From the NCBI GenBank assembly GCA_043814985.1, contig JBDRJK010000012.1, positions 1 through 36,338 of the forward strand: DNA of 36,338 nucleotides. Direction: 5' to 3'. Source of the DNA: Candidatus Aenigmatarchaeota archaeon. GTDB lineage: Archaea > Aenigmatarchaeota > Aenigmatarchaeia > Aenigmatarchaeales > Aenigmatarchaeaceae. The position numbers were made by a program, and so were the translations under genes. The notes below the pieces were generated by a model that saw only the letters and a list, made by a program, of their open reading frames with translations, was not told the DNA's origin and made no database searches. Below, in pieces: positions 33,535-36,338 of the stretch; position 1 is the first letter of the stretch; each line of letters starts with the position of its first letter.

Positions 33535-36336
33535 TTATCTTATTTTTTTATTCATTTCTTCTAATTTCTTTTCTAAGCTTTTTCTCATCTTATTGTAGGC
33601 ATTGGTAGTTATCATCCCTTCAGATTTCTCCCTTTCCAATACCTTTAGCATCCTGGTCAATTTATCTCTCTCTTCTTCCAGTTTTGGCTTGTCAACCTCT
33701 TTCCTCTTTACGCTTTCTGTTAGTTTGCTTATATGGATCATGTAAGGCCTTAGCAATGGCTTGAGCTTCTTTTTCTTCCTTAAGTAAACCAAAATAAATA
33801 CAATTATTATTATGACAATTAGCAGGATTAGGATTGTCCATATGGAAAAGAAAGGTTCTGGTATTGGAATTTCCAACAGGTCCAAGAATTCCCTAGCCTT
33901 TCTAAGCAAGGTTGTTGCGCTGGAAACCTTTTCCAATGCACTCTCAAGCTCCTCGTTCCTTATATCCTCCTTGGCCTCCCTTATGTAGGATTCAACAGTT
34001 TCAATGATTGATGATATGTCTGAAACATCCTTGCCTTCCCTCTCTGCTATTTTGACATCTACCTTTAGGTTTATCAATTCCTCTTCCAGCCTTCTAATTT
34101 CGTTTTCCAGAAGCTCTTTAATCGAACTATAGATGTTTATCTCCGTTGCTTTCTGATTGCTAACAACACCAGAAACAGCTAAAATGCTCGCCTTATAATT
34201 TCCAACATTTGCGTTGTCAGGTATGTCAAATTCTATCAAAAACACTGATGAATTATCTGGTGTGAGCGTAGAATATCTTTCTGGGCTAATGCTAAACCAT
34301 TCTGTTGGGATGCCTAATAGAAATAGGCTAACATTATTCAGTTTAACTCTTCCATTGTTCTTGACAATCACCTTTTCTATTCTTGTTATTCCTCTAGCTA
34401 AACTTATGTTGTTGTTATAGTCTGTTATTAGAATGTTTGCCGCTATTTCCGGTGTCTCATCTCTTATATAGTATGTGTCCTGTCCTCCCGGTGTTGGTGA
34501 TGGTGCAGGTTCCGGTGTTGTACCTTCTATTACACTGAATGTTGAGTTTGCATTAATTGGTGGCTGGACATAATCATAAGTCACCTTTGCGTTCAATATA
34601 TAGCTTCCTTCAAGTTGGTTGCTTAGAACATATGCTTGTCTTGTGAAGCTCTGGTTTGTGAATGCAGGAGTCAGAACAGCCTCTGACCCATAATAATAGT
34701 GATAAATAACTTCATTTTGGTAAAAATAACTTGTTCCACTCAAATCAGTGATATTATATTCAATAAAAACATCCTGCGTAACACTTCCCTTGTTTTCTAC
34801 TATTATTGCAAAATCTAGATAAGTTCCCTGAGGTACCTCATTTTCAAACAGACTTAGTCTAACATCATAAGGTCCGCCTTGGCTAACTCTGTATGCTTTG
34901 ATTTTAGCTGTGTTGAATTGCCCTTGTGTTATGTTCAAAACAGCTAGATACATACCTGGTGGCGTGCCATAGTCCATTTGATAGTCAAATGTGTAGTAAC
35001 CAGTGCTTTGCTTTGTCATGTTGCCTATACCATAGGAGAAATAAATCAGATCATCGGGCCTGTAAACTGTTAAGATTATATCGTCCGGATCAACAGGCCT
35101 TCCCTCGCCGTTGTAAACCAAGATTCCAAACCTCATCTCATTGTCAGGATACCAGACTACTGCAGTTTCAAGGTCGGCAAACAAACCAGTTACAGTTATT
35201 GTTCTCGATTGGACTTCAAATGTATTGTTATCTTCAACATCTAAAGTTTGATTTAGGACATCATCATAGAAACTATAGTTTGCCATTAAAGTGTAGTTGC
35301 CTATAGGAGCATCTGATGTTAAGGTGAATGTCGGCATCGGAGATATTGTCCCTTCAGAATCCGTTTGATAGTTCGAATAATAGGAAATATTGCCGTTTGA
35401 ATCAATTATGTTAAAAGTCACATCAATACCGTTCATTCCGTAGCCGGTTGCATTCTTGATTATGTAGTATATCGATCCAGTATCCCCCTGATAGTATATG
35501 CTAGATAATGTTGTTGATGTTAGGAGTACCTTTTTGTAAATCGTAAAGTTCTCAGTTAGATTGCCACTATTCCCTACATTGTCCATGGCAGAAACAGTTA
35601 CAGTATAGTTTCCCCTCAAGCTGGTGTTGCCTAAATCATTTGTATAGTTCAGGTACCATTGAGAGAAATTCCCGCTTGTGTTGACCAAAGACATTGTAGT
35701 TTGGTTACTGGAACTGTCCGGCGTTGTCACAGTTACATTGGTCCAAGATATGTTGGTACCAGACCTGTCTGTCGTATTCACAAAAAATTCTATAGTACTG
35801 TTCTGGTCAGTAAAATTCGGTACAATGGAAAGGTTTATTATAGGTGGCAGATAAGGAAGCAAAGCCACATCCAATGTCATGTTGTCTGGATTAGCATCAG
35901 ACTGGACAGCGTTGACAACAAAAGATGAATTATAAATGCCATAAGAGACATCGCTCACATTGTAAGTTATATTGAATGTGTAATTGAGACCCATGCCTAC
36001 AGTGAAGTTTGTTTCATTGACTTTGGTGTAGTTCCCTTCCTCAGGGGATATTGTAAAGTTTATCATGTCGTTTCCAAGGTTCATGACATCTATTTCACAA
36101 GCAGTTCCGATTAGAGGATCTTCATTTTTTTCACAATAAACTGGTGTCATATTCCATGTTCTATTTGAGAGGACTGTCACATTCAAGGTAATGTTAACAT
36201 AGTCATCGTTCTCAGCAGAGACATTAACAGTACCGTTGTAAGTACCGACAGGATAGCTTACTGGGACAGTAACAATGACAGCTACAGAGTAGTTCTCATT
36301 GACATTGATGCTTGAAATGTTGACAGGATCAAAACC
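33535..36336 (-). CDS. very large surface glycoprotein, 5'-truncated by the window edge
   Basis: frame stays open from 36186 to the window end (GFDPVNISSINVNENYSVAV...); Ig-like repeats; many NxT; P-rich linker; helical stalk; TM; basic cytoplasmic coiled tail. Confidence 0.88.
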   Translation of the reverse strand, partial: GFDPVNISSINVNENYSVAVIVTVPVSYPVGTYNGTVNVSAENDDYVNITLNVTVLSNRTWNMTPVYCEKNEDPLIGTACEIDVMNLGNDMINFTISPEEGNYTKVNETNFTVGMGLNYTFNITYNVSDVSYGIYNSSFVVNAVQSDANPDNMTLDVALLPYLPPIINLSIVPNFTDQNSTIEFFVNTTDRSGTNISWTNVTVTTPDSSSNQTTMSLVNTSGNFSQWYLNYTNDLGNTSLRGNYTVTVSAMDNVGNSGNLTENFTIYKKVLLTSTTLSSIYYQGDTGSIYYIIKNATGYGMNGIDVTFNIIDSNGNISYYSNYQTDSEGTISPMPTFTLTSDAPIGNYTLMANYSFYDDVLNQTLDVEDNNTFEVQSRTITVTGLFADLETAVVWYPDNEMRFGILVYNGEGRPVDPDDIILTVYRPDDLIYFSYGIGNMTKQSTGYYTFDYQMDYGTPPGMYLAVLNITQGQFNTAKIKAYRVSQGGPYDVRLSLFENEVPQGTYLDFAIIVENKGSVTQDVFIEYNITDLSGTSYFYQNEVIYHYYYGSEAVLTPAFTNQSFTRQAYVLSNQLEGSYILNAKVTYDYVQPPINANSTFSVIEGTTPEPAPSPTPGGQDTYYIRDETPEIAANILITDYNNNISLARGITRIEKVIVKNNGRVKLNNVSLFLLGIPTEWFSISPERYSTLTPDNSSVFLIEFDIPDNANVGNYKASILAVSGVVSNQKATEINIYSSIKELLENEIRRLEEELINLKVDVKIAEREGKDVSDISSIIETVESYIREAKEDIRNEELESALEKVSSATTLLRKAREFLDLLEIPIPEPFFSIWTILILLIVIIIIVFILVYLRKKKKLKPLLRPYMIHISKLTESVKRKEVDKPKLEEERDKLTRMLKVLEREKSEGMITTNAYNKMRKSLEKKLEEMNKKIR

Positions 36337-36338
36337 TA

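Noticed and set aside
33535..36186. Track start at 36186 for the 883-aa ORF
   Set aside because: The frame stays open to the window end and no signal peptide follows this TTG, so the true start lies outside the window.

Overview
Archaeal genomic window. The rpl1-rpl10(P0)-rpl12 cluster, a bulge-helix-bulge (BHB) tRNA intron, TATA-like promoters, short AlaRS and many surface proteins suggest a small-genome DPANN-type archaeon (inference). The left part (1-21 kb) is mostly housekeeping: TspO, ZIP transporter, 3-methyladenine glycosylase, AAA+ ATPase, DHH phosphoesterase, DJ-1/PfpI, FMN glutamate-synthase-family protein, TrxB, AlaRS and ribosomal proteins. The right part (22-36 kb) is a cell-surface protein cluster with two MinD-like ATPases and a small wHTH gene. 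The standout is a tRNA-Gln(CTG) gene (10005-10491) interrupted in the T-loop (59/60) by a 414-nt intron with a perfect BHB motif. The intron encodes a 123-aa LAGLIDADG-like protein, making it a candidate mobile, protein-coding tRNA intron. Other highlights: a second LAGLIDADG gene where rpl11 usually sits; an AT-rich, repeat-rich region beside an RHH protein and an AAA+/wHTH ATPase (candidate origin or centromere-like site); an 11-bp-phased operator array; a WxL/donor-strand-pilus-like locus; and an unlisted 24-aa acidic micro-ORF. All protein family calls come from motif recognition by eye, not database searches.
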